From a virus (lineage: Duplodnaviria; Heunggongvirae; Uroviricota; Caudoviricetes): a stretch of DNA of 64,000 bases. The position numbers and the translations under genes were made by a program. The stretch spans positions 192,001 to 256,000 of IMG/VR virus record IMGVR_UViG_3300028534_000514; one strand, given 5' to 3'. Every line of letters starts with the position of its first letter. The stretch's first letter is position 1. Positions 28,803-38,191 of the stretch are shown one piece after another. A model generated the notes under the pieces. That model was given only the letters and a program-made list of their open reading frames with translations, was not told where the DNA came from and did no database searches.

Positions 28803-30207
28803 TCTTTATTTCTCCCATTCCTTTATTAAATAATTGTGATTCCGTAATAAATTCTTTTGTAGAACCATTCCATTGTTTTATTGTTTTGGCCTTACGTATA
28901 TTTTTTGATTTTCCTGAGGAAATAGCACTTTCAAGTATTATTTTTAAAATTTGAGGATTAGTAGATATATATGAGGCATGCAGACTTATAAAATATGCAA
29001 TATTCTCCAAGATATAATATGGATCCTGAAAAGTAAATCCTTTAGCCATATATTTTTCAATTCTCTTGGCTAAAATATTTTGGGTGGTATAACATTTATC
29101 GATTAAGCGATTAAGTGTCTCCTGTCCAATATTGGAAAAGGCTTCCTCGGCTCGCACCCGACCATCATTAATTTGATTATTAAATCCAAGCAGATTCTCT
29201 AGGGTTCCTCTCCCTATAATCTGTTCACTTAAAGTTAGGGTATTTTTCTTAGAAGTTTTTAAAAGAAAATTTTCATTTTTGTCAGATAGTCTTCTTTTCG
29301 CTGATTTAATTCTCCGCTCGAATTCCATTGAAGAAAGGTTATCGTCTATTTTAGATAATTCAACCTCAAATTTACTTAATAGGATATCGGCTGCCGCATA
29401 CACTGTAATTGGCTGCTGCAACTCAAAGGAGTAAATATACCTTAATTCTAAAATATCGAAGGTATTATAAATAAAATTTATTGGAACGGTTCGTGGGTAA
29501 ATTTCTAAAAGGTTTTGATTTAGTTTAAACTTCTCCGTTTTCTTATCAATATCGGAGAAGTTTATGCCCATCCTATTGAAAACCCAATATCTTTTAGAGT
29601 CCTTATCAATCGAGTGTATAAATTGATCGTTATACAGAGTTATGTCATCCTCTCTAAAATTTTTAAAAGTGTCCTCGAATTCGACAAAAATAAAATTTAA
29701 AGAAAACCCTCCGCTTTCGTCAAAAATAAATCTGGAAGTAGAAATTTTATAAGAATGCTTTTTAAAACCATATTCACCCGAACTGGTTAAATAATAATAA
29801 CCATTTGGAAAAGCCCAGATGCTGTCTGGTATCTCAGATAGGTATATTTTTTTAAATTCTGTAAAAATGGGTTTGTAATCCCCATTATTAAAAAAATTAT
29901 TTATAATTTTTTTATTTTCTGAAGTATTTTCTATAAATAAATCTATATCACCTGGATTAATATCAACATCTAATCTATATTCCAATATAGAACTACCAGA
30001 GATAGCACATCTATTTAAATCTGTCACTAGATTCTTAAAATTAAAAAATGGAGTTTGTTTTTCGAGTGGGAGATTCTCACTAACTTCTTTGCCTACAAAG
30101 TTTAAAAATTTTAAAAATGTTTTAAATCGGGTAGGTCTTTTTTTACGATCTGGCTTCTCTGACTCCAAACTTGGGGAAGAAAGTATCTCTTGCATTGCCT
30201 CAATCAT
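28783..30207 (-). CDS. Pol-beta-superfamily nucleotidyltransferase-like protein
   Basis: AISGSSIL...PGDIDLFI (hGS...DhD) with downstream LNFIF and FDI. Confidence 0.55.
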   Translation of the reverse strand: MIEAMQEILSSPSLESEKPDRKKRPTRFKTFLKFLNFVGKEVSENLPLEKQTPFFNFKNLVTDLNRCAISGSSILEYRLDVDINPGDIDLFIENTSENKKIINNFFNNGDYKPIFTEFKKIYLSEIPDSIWAFPNGYYYLTSSGEYGFKKHSYKISTSRFIFDESGGFSLNFIFVEFEDTFKNFREDDITLYNDQFIHSIDKDSKRYWVFNRMGINFSDIDKKTEKFKLNQNLLEIYPRTVPINFIYNTFDILELRYIYSFELQQPITVYAAADILLSKFEVELSKIDDNLSSMEFERRIKSAKRRLSDKNENFLLKTSKKNTLTLSEQIIGRGTLENLLGFNNQINDGRVRAEEAFSNIGQETLNRLIDKCYTTQNILAKRIEKYMAKGFTFQDPYYILENIAYFISLHASYISTNPQILKIILESAISSGKSKNIRKAKTIKQWNGSTKEFITESQLFNKGMGEIKNVKKEF

Positions 30208-30430
30208 TTAATTGTCCTTCAATCGATTCAATTTCTTGGAGATAACTATTAGCGATCTCCTGCAATTTGTCTAAATCGGTGGTTCCAAAAGCTTGTTCAA
30301 TTTTCTCTTTATATTGATTGTATTGCTCTTCAAGTATAATAAGTTGTCTTTCAATTTCTTGTTTTTTCGTTTGAAGATGTTCAAGTTTGGTTTTATATAA
30401 AGCAGCTTTATGTTTAATATCTGTTTCCAT
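30200..30430 (-). CDS. Small coiled-coil protein
   Basis: 76 aa with a heptad pattern; SD aagga. Confidence 0.75.
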   Translation of the reverse strand: METDIKHKAALYKTKLEHLQTKKQEIERQLIILEEQYNQYKEKIEQAFGTTDLDKLQEIANSYLQEIESIEGQLND

Positions 30431-30441
30431 ATTATTTTCCT

Positions 30442-30651
30442 TTATATTTCTTTTTTATCATTTTTAAGGATATCGAAATAATCTTCGATGTCCTTAAAAG
30501 TTCGAAATATATAAATCTTTAAAGGATTATCTAGCTCTTGAACTAGATATCCTTCCGGTACTATAGTATATCGGACTTCCGTACCAAAAAAACTTTTTTG
30601 GGTAAAAAAAGAGATTTCTCCATATTTAAATTCTTCTTGTTCATTGCTCAT
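30442..30651 (-). CDS. Small hypothetical protein (likely start MSNEQEE)
   Basis: Overlaps the end of the polB palm gene. Confidence 0.6.
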   Translation of the reverse strand: MSNEQEEFKYGEISFFTQKSFFGTEVRYTIVPEGYLVQELDNPLKIYIFRTFKDIEDYFDILKNDKKEI

Positions 30652-31876
30652 ATTTTTTTTCCTTTTCACCAAGTATATTTACGGTTACCGCTTGGAATAA
30701 TTTAATACCGTATATCTTTCCTGCATTTGTAATTGCGTTTCCAATTAATGGGCTTGCGAATGGCCAAGTAATTAATCCAAAAATTCCGTAAGCAGAGTTT
30801 GCCGCAACTTTGATTCCCAATTGTACAATATTTAATTGGGATGTTCGTAGCACTGCGAATTGTTTTGGCTCCATTTTTAAATCTTTAAAAAACCATTCTA
30901 CATCAGTTAAAGCTTTTATTCTTTTTTCGCGCGGTTCGCCATCTTGAATATCAGTTAATATTCGATCGGCAGAACTTTTGGTTAGATGCTCACCGGCGTC
31001 TAAACTATAAATATCTTCTAAACTTTCCTTAGAGAGCTTATCCCAATGCTCAGTTATAGCCTCCAAAACTAACATTTGATTTTTAATTATTCTTCTTTTT
31101 GCAAGAGCCTCGATTAATAATCCGACATCGTACGCAAGATTATCTTCGTGCTTATCAAAAAGAATACCATACGGGTTAACAATATATTTTTTAAATAATG
31201 TTAATCCTTCTTCAAAAGTAAGTTTTTTAAATTTAAGTTTAGTTGAATTTACTTCCTCGAATATATAAATATCTCTTGGTTTTTGTAAAAACGTGTCGTT
31301 AAAAAATACATATTCAACCATCATTTGATTATAACCTCTATTCTGAGGACTTAACCATGTAATTGCCTCTAATAATGGGTATAAACAGCTTCTAAGTAGA
31401 TAATATGTTTTATCATCTTTTGGTTCAAAAATGTCCTCCAATTTCCCTTCATATCTTAAAATTTTTGAAAGAAGTTTTGGATAAAAAGCTAGCGTGAATT
31501 CACGAGCATCCTTTTTATTTTGAACACTTTTTGTTTTAAAATATTCTTTGAGTACTTGATCTAATGCATTTTCAAATCCGAATATGGCAGAATTGATAGC
31601 AGTCGGATCACTCTCTTTAATTTCAAATACTTTTTCTATTAATCCAATTATATTTTTAATGATAAATGGATCGTAAACTCTATGCCGAATTGTGTCAAAA
31701 CCAATATTACTAAATATGATTCCGGTTGGATATAGAGCTGCTGCATCATTTGAACTTATTAAAGTATTCTTATCGAGCCCAACAATTGATGGGACAGGCT
31801 GTTGGACATAAGCTCCAAGTACCTTTAAATGCCAACCATACAGCTTAATATTATCCAAATTTAATACGTCTTCGAT
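30641..31876 (-). CDS. Family B DNA polymerase, palm/fingers piece (motifs A and B); start uncertain (ATC 31876 or TTG 31858)
   Basis: GAYVQQP, DAAALYPT (motif A), KVAANSAYG (motif B), GNAITNAGK; no DTDS and no exonuclease domain. Confidence 0.85.
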   Translation of the reverse strand: MEDVLNLDNIKLYGWHLKVLGAYVQQPVPSIVGLDKNTLISSNDAAALYPTGIIFSNIGFDTIRHRVYDPFIIKNIIGLIEKVFEIKESDPTAINSAIFGFENALDQVLKEYFKTKSVQNKKDAREFTLAFYPKLLSKILRYEGKLEDIFEPKDDKTYYLLRSCLYPLLEAITWLSPQNRGYNQMMVEYVFFNDTFLQKPRDIYIFEEVNSTKLKFKKLTFEEGLTLFKKYIVNPYGILFDKHEDNLAYDVGLLIEALAKRRIIKNQMLVLEAITEHWDKLSKESLEDIYSLDAGEHLTKSSADRILTDIQDGEPREKRIKALTDVEWFFKDLKMEPKQFAVLRTSQLNIVQLGIKVAANSAYGIFGLITWPFASPLIGNAITNAGKIYGIKLFQAVTVNILGEKEKKYEQ

Positions 31877-31898
31877 TGGTTCCTCCTTATTTGATGGT

Positions 31899-31932
31899 TT
31901 GCTCTATTCGAGCAATTGCTCCTTTTGAGCAA
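31899..31932. promoter_or_regulatory. Perfect double palindromic site (TTGCT-N7-AGCAA)x2
   Basis: ttgct-ctattcg-agcaa-ttgct-ccttttg-agcaa, between the promoter motif at 31936 and the polB SD. Confidence 0.75.
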
Positions 31933-31935
31933 ACC

Positions 31936-31946
31936 ATATATTTATA
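31936..31946 (-). promoter_or_regulatory. Putative phage promoter TATAAATATAT
   Basis: Repeated intergenic 11-mer, upstream of the polB palm gene. Confidence 0.55.
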
Positions 31947-31950
31947 ATCT

Positions 31951-32838
31951 TTAACCGAAGATCCACATTTTAATTGTTTCGAAGAATCCTCTCTTTGTAG
32001 ATTTAACTCTTTGCTCATCATTAGTCAAAGATTTAGTTTCCACCGCGGATTCCTGCTTCTCATTTATTTTTAAATCAGGTTTATTGCTTTTATTTGCGGG
32101 TAATTTTCCTGTTGTAAGAATATACTTTCGGATTCTATTAGCCTCCATAAACATCTCTTTTTCATTTGAAAAATCTTTTTCAAATAGTTCAACTTTTTGC
32201 TGACCGTTGCTGGTTGTGATACGAACTAATAGTTTCGAACCCTTTTTAGTATTATAATATGTAAAATATCTTGGATCTAAAGTTAAACCCAATTCCTTAA
32301 TTTTTTCTTCGGCGCTATGTTTTCCTTTTTTCTTTTTAATAGCGGCTGATCTTGGGTTAACTATACCTTTATCAAGAGCCTCTTTAATTATTTTCTGAAA
32401 TGTTTCATCTTGTGGCTTACCAATATCAGTTAATTTCGGTGCGTTAGTTGTAATAGTAATTCCCTCCTCTCTTGGTTTTAATTCTGGGGGTTCTTTAAAA
32501 GGTTTAGCTAAATGGTGTTTGGTTTTTTTTCTATATCTCTTTTTCCAAATCTCTTTTGTTTTTTCTGCGTTAATAGCACGATTTAAAATCTGATTTCTTG
32601 CTTTTTTATCCGGTCGTTTTCCCGTTCTAGATATATAATTTCTAATACCTGCTGCCGCATAAAACATAACTTTATGATCTCCGGCTTTAGAAGCACTAAT
32701 ATAAACAGGTTTTCCTTCTTTGTCTTTAACATACGCTCTATCATCTTTTGATGCATAGTAAATACCGCTTGGATTAATTTCTGCTCCTGACTCTTTAATT
32801 CTTTTCAATGTCTCAGTATTTTTTCTTCCTCTTGCCAT
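31951..32838 (-). CDS. Very basic hypothetical protein, probably nucleic-acid binding
   Basis: 295 aa, K/R-rich; SD aagga. Confidence 0.75.
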   Translation of the reverse strand: MARGRKNTETLKRIKESGAEINPSGIYYASKDDRAYVKDKEGKPVYISASKAGDHKVMFYAAAGIRNYISRTGKRPDKKARNQILNRAINAEKTKEIWKKRYRKKTKHHLAKPFKEPPELKPREEGITITTNAPKLTDIGKPQDETFQKIIKEALDKGIVNPRSAAIKKKKGKHSAEEKIKELGLTLDPRYFTYYNTKKGSKLLVRITTSNGQQKVELFEKDFSNEKEMFMEANRIRKYILTTGKLPANKSNKPDLKINEKQESAVETKSLTNDEQRVKSTKRGFFETIKMWIFG

Positions 32839-32889
32839 TATAAATCCTTTTGGTTTTTTAGTTTTTTTAGTTTTTTATTATTAGCTTAA

Positions 32890-33336
32890 TTAAATTTGTG
32901 TTTTGTCATCAAGGTCAGAATGCCATGGACAGATTGATGAGTATATCTTATATGGTATACCACTTCTTTCCATATTATCCATCCGCGGACATTCACAACC
33001 AGGCATATCCAACCACCAATTATGGAAGGTTACATCCTGTGGAAATCCCCAGACTTTCTGAGCAGCGAATTCAAGATCAGTTAAATCCTCATCAAATTTT
33101 TCAACAATTTCTTTATCTTTATCATCAATGTAGCCTTTATCAGCAAATTCATATAATAATGATTTTGCCTCATTAAAAAGCTTAAGTTTTTGACCATGTA
33201 ATGAAAAAATTTCACCGACTTTTATTCTAGTTAGTCCTTGAGAATTAATTAATTCATTATTTAAAGTTATTCCATAACTGATCTCCGGAAGTTTTTTCCA
33301 TTTCATCACTGTATTTGGTGTTAGTGTTATTTTCAT
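32890..33336 (-). CDS. Phage hypothetical protein with a Cys/His cluster
   Basis: QKVWGFPQD..FH.WW..PGCECPRMDN...CPWH. Confidence 0.75.
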   Translation of the reverse strand: MKITLTPNTVMKWKKLPEISYGITLNNELINSQGLTRIKVGEIFSLHGQKLKLFNEAKSLLYEFADKGYIDDKDKEIVEKFDEDLTDLEFAAQKVWGFPQDVTFHNWWLDMPGCECPRMDNMERSGIPYKIYSSICPWHSDLDDKTQI

Positions 33337-33482
33337 TGTTATCCTTTTATTATTTTAAATTTTAACAATTCTGGTTTAATTTATCAAGTCCATTCGAAAT
33401 AATTATTATACGAACCTCCTTCTTTAAGAAACTGGTTTTTAAAAGAGTGTCTTCTAAAGATTAAGTAATTTTTCTATAATCT

Positions 33483-33698
33483 TTACCAATTTTCATATAT
33501 ATTTAGTAAGGCTGCAACTATTGAAAAGGATGTAATGAAAGTTAAAATTCCATAACCAATTCCATACTCTTGGAAAACAAAAGAGGTTCCCACTAAAATA
33601 CTAACAGCCAATACCATAATAAAAATCATTACAAGCGATATTTTTATACCAAATATAAAACCCTCCTTAAAATTTTTAAAAATTCTAATTTTTTTCAT
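33483..33698 (-). CDS. Small membrane protein (2 TM)
   Basis: Two hydrophobic segments; SD aggag. Confidence 0.7.
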   Translation of the reverse strand: MKKIRIFKNFKEGFIFGIKISLVMIFIMVLAVSILVGTSFVFQEYGIGYGILTFITSFSIVAALLNIYENW

Positions 33699-34216
33699 TT
33701 TATATCTCCTTTATTTTCTGATAGATAAATTCTTCTTTGACATGCACGAATTTTTGTCATGGTTAATGATACATCATTGTGTGTTAAACCAATCTGAGGA
33801 TTAATTTCAATAACATTAAGTTTATGTATTGTATCGCATTTTTCTCCACAAACATCATCTATCTCATCTTCCAGCACAACATAACACTTTACTTCTGGAT
33901 GAGAATTTAGGTACTCCTGTATCTCCTCTCCTCGATGCATTAAAACTGTAGTTTTACCTTCAACTCTATTCCAGTATTTAAATCCAGCTTTTTCCAGTTG
34001 TTCTTTTAAATCCTGCATATCATGACGCCAACTTGAACTAATAACAATATTTGCTTCAACCCGCTCAAGTAACCAATTCAAACGTTGAACCAGATGTGGT
34101 TCGATATACATAACCGAACCGTCGTTTTTATAAGTATTAGTATAATAACTTGGACTATTGATATTAACAACGCCATCAATATCTAAAAATATTACTGCTT
34201 TTATATTATCCTCCAT
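33695..34216 (-). CDS. HAD-superfamily protein (HAD_SAK_2-type)
   Basis: IFLDIDGV, IVISSSWR, RGEEI, VVLEDE, GLT. Confidence 0.85.
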   Translation of the reverse strand: MEDNIKAVIFLDIDGVVNINSPSYYTNTYKNDGSVMYIEPHLVQRLNWLLERVEANIVISSSWRHDMQDLKEQLEKAGFKYWNRVEGKTTVLMHRGEEIQEYLNSHPEVKCYVVLEDEIDDVCGEKCDTIHKLNVIEINPQIGLTHNDVSLTMTKIRACQRRIYLSENKGDIK

Positions 34217-34253
34217 ATTTTAATCCTTTTGGTTTATTCTAGAATTTCTACTG

Positions 34254-34454
34254 TTATTTTGATTTCCTTTCTATTTCATAAATTTCACGTATCTCATACA
34301 CAAGGCTAACCGGAATATTATAAATAGATGATATAATATCCGGATCCCCGACTGAGTTCGCTATTCTTTCGTACCAATTTTCTACATTTAAAGTTGGGTC
34401 ATCAAAAGCTATTTTTCTTAGTCTGTCTAAGACTATACTTTTTCTTGCTTTCAT
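34254..34454 (-). CDS. Hypothetical protein
   Basis: 66 aa, SD aggag. Confidence 0.65.
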   Translation of the reverse strand: MKARKSIVLDRLRKIAFDDPTLNVENWYERIANSVGDPDIISSIYNIPVSLVYEIREIYEIERKSK

Positions 34455-34465
34455 TAATTTCTCCT

Positions 34466-34897
34466 TTATAAAACTTGCATAATAATAATATCTAATTCGG
34501 ACAACGCCTTAAGATTTTCGAGATCAGCAACCCATATATTTTTGGTCGGATCAATAAAATCTTTTTCTAATTGGTCCCATTCTTTTTGAAATTTTGTATG
34601 CATTCCAAAGGCAACGTTAGCCTGATAACATCTGGGATTTAATTGAATACGAACTCCAGTCTTTTTAAAAAATTCATCCTTAATTTCATGATATCTTTTA
34701 CCTAATTCTGAGGCAATATCCAAAAAAATTTTATCTTCTATTGATACATTATCATAAAAAAGATCTCCCGGTTCTATACCATTTTCAAATCGATTTACAA
34801 TATAATCATTATCTATTGTTGGAACTTTTTTTTCTCTATCAAAAATCCAAGATACTGTCTTGGGCATATTTTCGATATTTTTTCTTCCGGTATCCAA
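34466..34897 (-). CDS. Hypothetical protein; start uncertain
   Basis: 143-aa ORF in operon orientation. Confidence 0.65.
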   Translation of the reverse strand: MDTGRKNIENMPKTVSWIFDREKKVPTIDNDYIVNRFENGIEPGDLFYDNVSIEDKIFLDIASELGKRYHEIKDEFFKKTGVRIQLNPRCYQANVAFGMHTKFQKEWDQLEKDFIDPTKNIWVADLENLKALSELDIIIMQVL

Positions 34898-34961
34898 GCA
34901 ATTACCATTGATTCCATTATTTCACCTTTAATATTTTTAAGACAAAAAATGAGGTTAGGGA

Positions 34962-35732
34962 TTATGTATCCCTAACCTCTCTTCTTATATCTGGATCGTT
35001 AAATTCACCACCATAATATTCAGTAGTAAACGAACCATCTTTTGCTTGAGAACCTCTAAGAGATTCACAGGTATGGCTTATATTTGCCAACTTAACATAA
35101 ACAGATTCTGTTTCAGCTGCTTCAGAAACAGCCTTAAATATTTCTTGAGTAAGTTCTTCTTGAAGCCAACCTCTTCTTGCAATCCAATCAACAACTCTTT
35201 GAAGTTTAGATATACCAAGGACTTTTTTATCAGGAATGTAACTGACAATAGCGTAAGCATCATCCCTAAAAAACGATGAAAAAGGTGCAATATGATGTGA
35301 ACAAACTGCGACTAAATCAACTCTTTTGGTGATAGGTAGCTTCTGCTTATGGGTATTGGGAAAACTCGCAATACGAGGCGGTTTTGTCCATCTACCACTA
35401 AGTAATTCCGCGTCATCACTCAGACTAGAACCCACCCACATTTTAGCAACACGACCCGGTGTACCTATATTGCCTTCAGACAACTCCTCAGTTGTATTTG
35501 CATCCTTTAAATCAATCTTCATAGCTTTAAAAGCGGCCGTAAGATGATATTGCGTAACAAGACGTACTATTAATTGAACTTCTTGATTATATACCTCCGT
35601 AACTTCGAATACATTTTGATTAAGACGAAACTCAGGAATTTCTAAATAAAGTTTCCATGCTTCCTCAAAAGGAATACTCCCCTTATATCTATTTTCTACG
35701 AATAATTTAATGTCATCATTAATTATTTCCAT
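34962..35732 (-). CDS. folE: GTP cyclohydrolase I
   Basis: TPGRVAKMW, CSHH, GISKLQR, QEELT, HTCESLRG. Confidence 0.95.
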   Translation of the reverse strand: MEIINDDIKLFVENRYKGSIPFEEAWKLYLEIPEFRLNQNVFEVTEVYNQEVQLIVRLVTQYHLTAAFKAMKIDLKDANTTEELSEGNIGTPGRVAKMWVGSSLSDDAELLSGRWTKPPRIASFPNTHKQKLPITKRVDLVAVCSHHIAPFSSFFRDDAYAIVSYIPDKKVLGISKLQRVVDWIARRGWLQEELTQEIFKAVSEAAETESVYVKLANISHTCESLRGSQAKDGSFTTEYYGGEFNDPDIRREVRDT

Positions 35733-36078
35733 CTAGTTCTTCCTCATTTAGGGTTGATGGGGATGTTGTTGTCTGGTCAATTGTATCCGGTTGTTCGGTT
35801 ACGGCCTTTTCAATAGTCGATACCAAGAAATCCATAACATCTTGAAGAACTTGTTTCGCTTCTTCATCAGTATATTCATCCGGACCTTCAAACATCATTT
35901 CCATAACATCTTCATCATCTTTGCGAGTAATTAACTTTATTACCACTTCAATTTCTGGATGTATATCATGTTTAATTCTAAAATCAATATCACCACTTTC
36001 CTGATCGGGAAGCATCTCAATAATTTCAAAATTGGAGTTCATCAACTCCTCCGTTACAAAATCTGTATTAACTGCCAT
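35719..36078 (-). CDS. Acidic hypothetical protein
   Basis: 119 aa, SD aagga. Confidence 0.75.
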   Translation of the reverse strand: MAVNTDFVTEELMNSNFEIIEMLPDQESGDIDFRIKHDIHPEIEVVIKLITRKDDEDVMEMMFEGPDEYTDEEAKQVLQDVMDFLVSTIEKAVTEQPDTIDQTTTSPSTLNEEELDGNN

Positions 36079-36088
36079 TTTTATTTCC

Positions 36089-36523
36089 TTAAACTAAATT
36101 TTCTAAATTATCAGGTCGTGTACTGTAGGGTACCTGGCCTAAATTCATTCTGCTATTATCATCTATATTTCTGTTATTATGTTTGGTACCATCAATCTGA
36201 ACACCATTCAATTCTTTATTCTCATCCGTCAACAATTTAATTTCTGTATAGTCATTACCATTTTTATAAATTCTAAATACATTTTCTTGTGGGAAAAATA
36301 CTATACTATTATTTAAGTTTTCGGTATTATCTATATATAATTCTGAGGTATTAGTCCCCATAAATATAATCCTTTTTGGATAACCAACGCCAGATTGATC
36401 AAGAATGTAATTATCTCTCACATCCGGAAAATCTTCAAAGCCATTAAAATTATATTCAATTTCCGGTCGTAAAATACTCTCCATATTATCCGGGGTTAAT
36501 CCTTCATTTATTAAACGAGCCAT
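36089..36523 (-). CDS. Hypothetical protein
   Basis: 144 aa; TAATG-coupled to the small upstream ORF. Confidence 0.75.
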   Translation of the reverse strand: MARLINEGLTPDNMESILRPEIEYNFNGFEDFPDVRDNYILDQSGVGYPKRIIFMGTNTSELYIDNTENLNNSIVFFPQENVFRIYKNGNDYTEIKLLTDENKELNGVQIDGTKHNNRNIDDNSRMNLGQVPYSTRPDNLENLV

Positions 36524-36660
36524 TATTTTTTAAACATTTTTTGCATAATCATATTGGCAAATTGATTCTGTTTATCGTGAATTGGATCAATCCACATTGG
36601 CCAGATAACACGCGCTGCTATAATACTAAGTCTAATTCGTTTTTTTGTCGGCTGTTCCAT
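36523..36660 (-). CDS. Small basic protein (45 aa) absent from the ORF track
   Basis: SD aagga + ATG; MEQPTKKRIRLSIIAARVIWPMWIDPIHDKQNQFANMIMQKMFKK; fills the gap exactly with a TAATG overlap. Confidence 0.6.
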   Translation of the reverse strand: MEQPTKKRIRLSIIAARVIWPMWIDPIHDKQNQFANMIMQKMFKK

Positions 36661-37117
36661 CTATTTCCTTTCCATAAAATTCTTTTATTTTTTGAATCTG
36701 TTTTATTTGGCATTCATCAATGCATTCAATAATATCTGGAACATTATCATGATATTTTTCATGACAATGTTTGCATAAAACAATATACATAACCTTTTTA
36801 TGAAAATGCAGATCCATAATTTCCTGACATATATCAAAATCCGTATAGTCATCTAGATTATTTAGATCAATGTGTTTTTGGAGCACACCTTCAACTATAT
36901 CAAAAAGTGTTTGCGGATGGTGATGAGTTTCTGGTTTTACATATTCGAAACTTTCCCCACATGTGGGGCATTCGCTTACCGCGTATTTGGTACGCTTTTG
37001 CCAGCTATCGTAACTCATACTTTTCCTAACTAAAAACTCTAATTGTTTTATACATCTGACAAATTGTGCTTCATTACCCATATCATATTTATACCAAATA
37101 GGACTACCCGATGCCAT
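36632..37117 (-). CDS. HNH-fold zinc-binding protein
   Basis: CPTC...ETHHHP...LCKHCHEKYH. Confidence 0.65.
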   Translation of the reverse strand: MASGSPIWYKYDMGNEAQFVRCIKQLEFLVRKSMSYDSWQKRTKYAVSECPTCGESFEYVKPETHHHPQTLFDIVEGVLQKHIDLNNLDDYTDFDICQEIMDLHFHKKVMYIVLCKHCHEKYHDNVPDIIECIDECQIKQIQKIKEFYGKEIDGTADKKTN

Positions 37118-37952
37118 TTACAATCCTTTTATATGAATCATTTAACATATATTTCAAACGCGTATAATTTTGAATATTATTAATAATATATCCATTAAAC
37201 TTTTCGTCAGTTATTTCTTCGATATAATCATTATTAATTACACCGTCCTGCTTGGAAATAAAAATTTTCGCAGAGAATGGTTGTAAATAATATTTCTTAT
37301 GATTATTTTTATCAATAAAAATAAATAAAATTTGATTTCTTTTTTTTAAAAGACTTATATCAAATAAAATCAATTCCTGTTCGTCAATAATTTTTTGGGT
37401 TATTTCTCTTAAATAAATACCATTTTTAGGAATCTCTTTTTTCTTTTTGCTATCTTCCTGTTCCAATATAGCCTTAATGAATTTTTTATCTTCTTGAGTA
37501 GTTGCCTGTCTGACAGCAGCTTTTGTTGCCTTCTGTCTCTTATAGGATTCCTGGGAAGCTATGGCTCCAAATTTGCGCCTAAGGATAATCTCTTTTCCCC
37601 TCGCATTTCCCTCATCATAATCTTCTTTCTCCATAATCTCTTTAATTATATCTGGTTTAAAGGTCGGCATCTTTTGATATAGATCCCATTTTGTAATACC
37701 TCTAATTTTAAAAAGTTTTTTTAAGAAATAAAGATGTTCTATCGGATCAGGAATTGAAAATAAATCATTTGTAAATTTATTAAGATAATTTACTAGATTT
37801 GGATTTAACCATAATTGCTCCGTTATATAAGGAACTAATGAATTAAGTTTATTTTTCTGTTCGAGGAATCGTTCTGGGATTTGGTCATCTGGACCAATAA
37901 GCCAATTTACTATTTCATATATTTTAATTGGTTTTTGTTTTTCCTTTGACAT
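37104..37952 (-). CDS. Hypothetical protein; C-terminus may resemble the PolB N-terminal domain
   Basis: 282 aa, TAATG-coupled; see findings. Confidence 0.7.
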   Translation of the reverse strand: MSKEKQKPIKIYEIVNWLIGPDDQIPERFLEQKNKLNSLVPYITEQLWLNPNLVNYLNKFTNDLFSIPDPIEHLYFLKKLFKIRGITKWDLYQKMPTFKPDIIKEIMEKEDYDEGNARGKEIILRRKFGAIASQESYKRQKATKAAVRQATTQEDKKFIKAILEQEDSKKKKEIPKNGIYLREITQKIIDEQELILFDISLLKKRNQILFIFIDKNNHKKYYLQPFSAKIFISKQDGVINNDYIEEITDEKFNGYIINNIQNYTRLKYMLNDSYKRIVNGIG

Positions 37953-38179
37953 TATGCCGAACCTTCAAGCATTCCTTCGTTAAATGAATTCATATGTGTT
38001 AGCTCAAGTAGATTAAGAAGAGCCTCTTTATCGCCTGATAAAGCTTTATCCGCCAAATCAGTAACAGCCTGATTCCAATCACTAAAATCGAATTCAGGGT
38101 GCATTGTTTCAAATACCATTTTTACCATATCCGATTCTGGGATATATCTTTGTAGATCTGCGTATTGCTCTTGTGTCAT
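37952..38179 (-). CDS. Hypothetical protein
   Basis: 75 aa, SD aagga. Confidence 0.7.
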   Translation of the reverse strand: MTQEQYADLQRYIPESDMVKMVFETMHPEFDFSDWNQAVTDLADKALSGDKEALLNLLELTHMNSFNEGMLEGSA

Positions 38180-38191
38180 TTTAAATCCTTT

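Noticed and set aside
31887-31937. Mini-ORF MVCSKGAIARIEQTIK as a leader or ribosomal-hop first exon of polB
   Set aside because: No SD, and it is simply the palindromic site read as protein.
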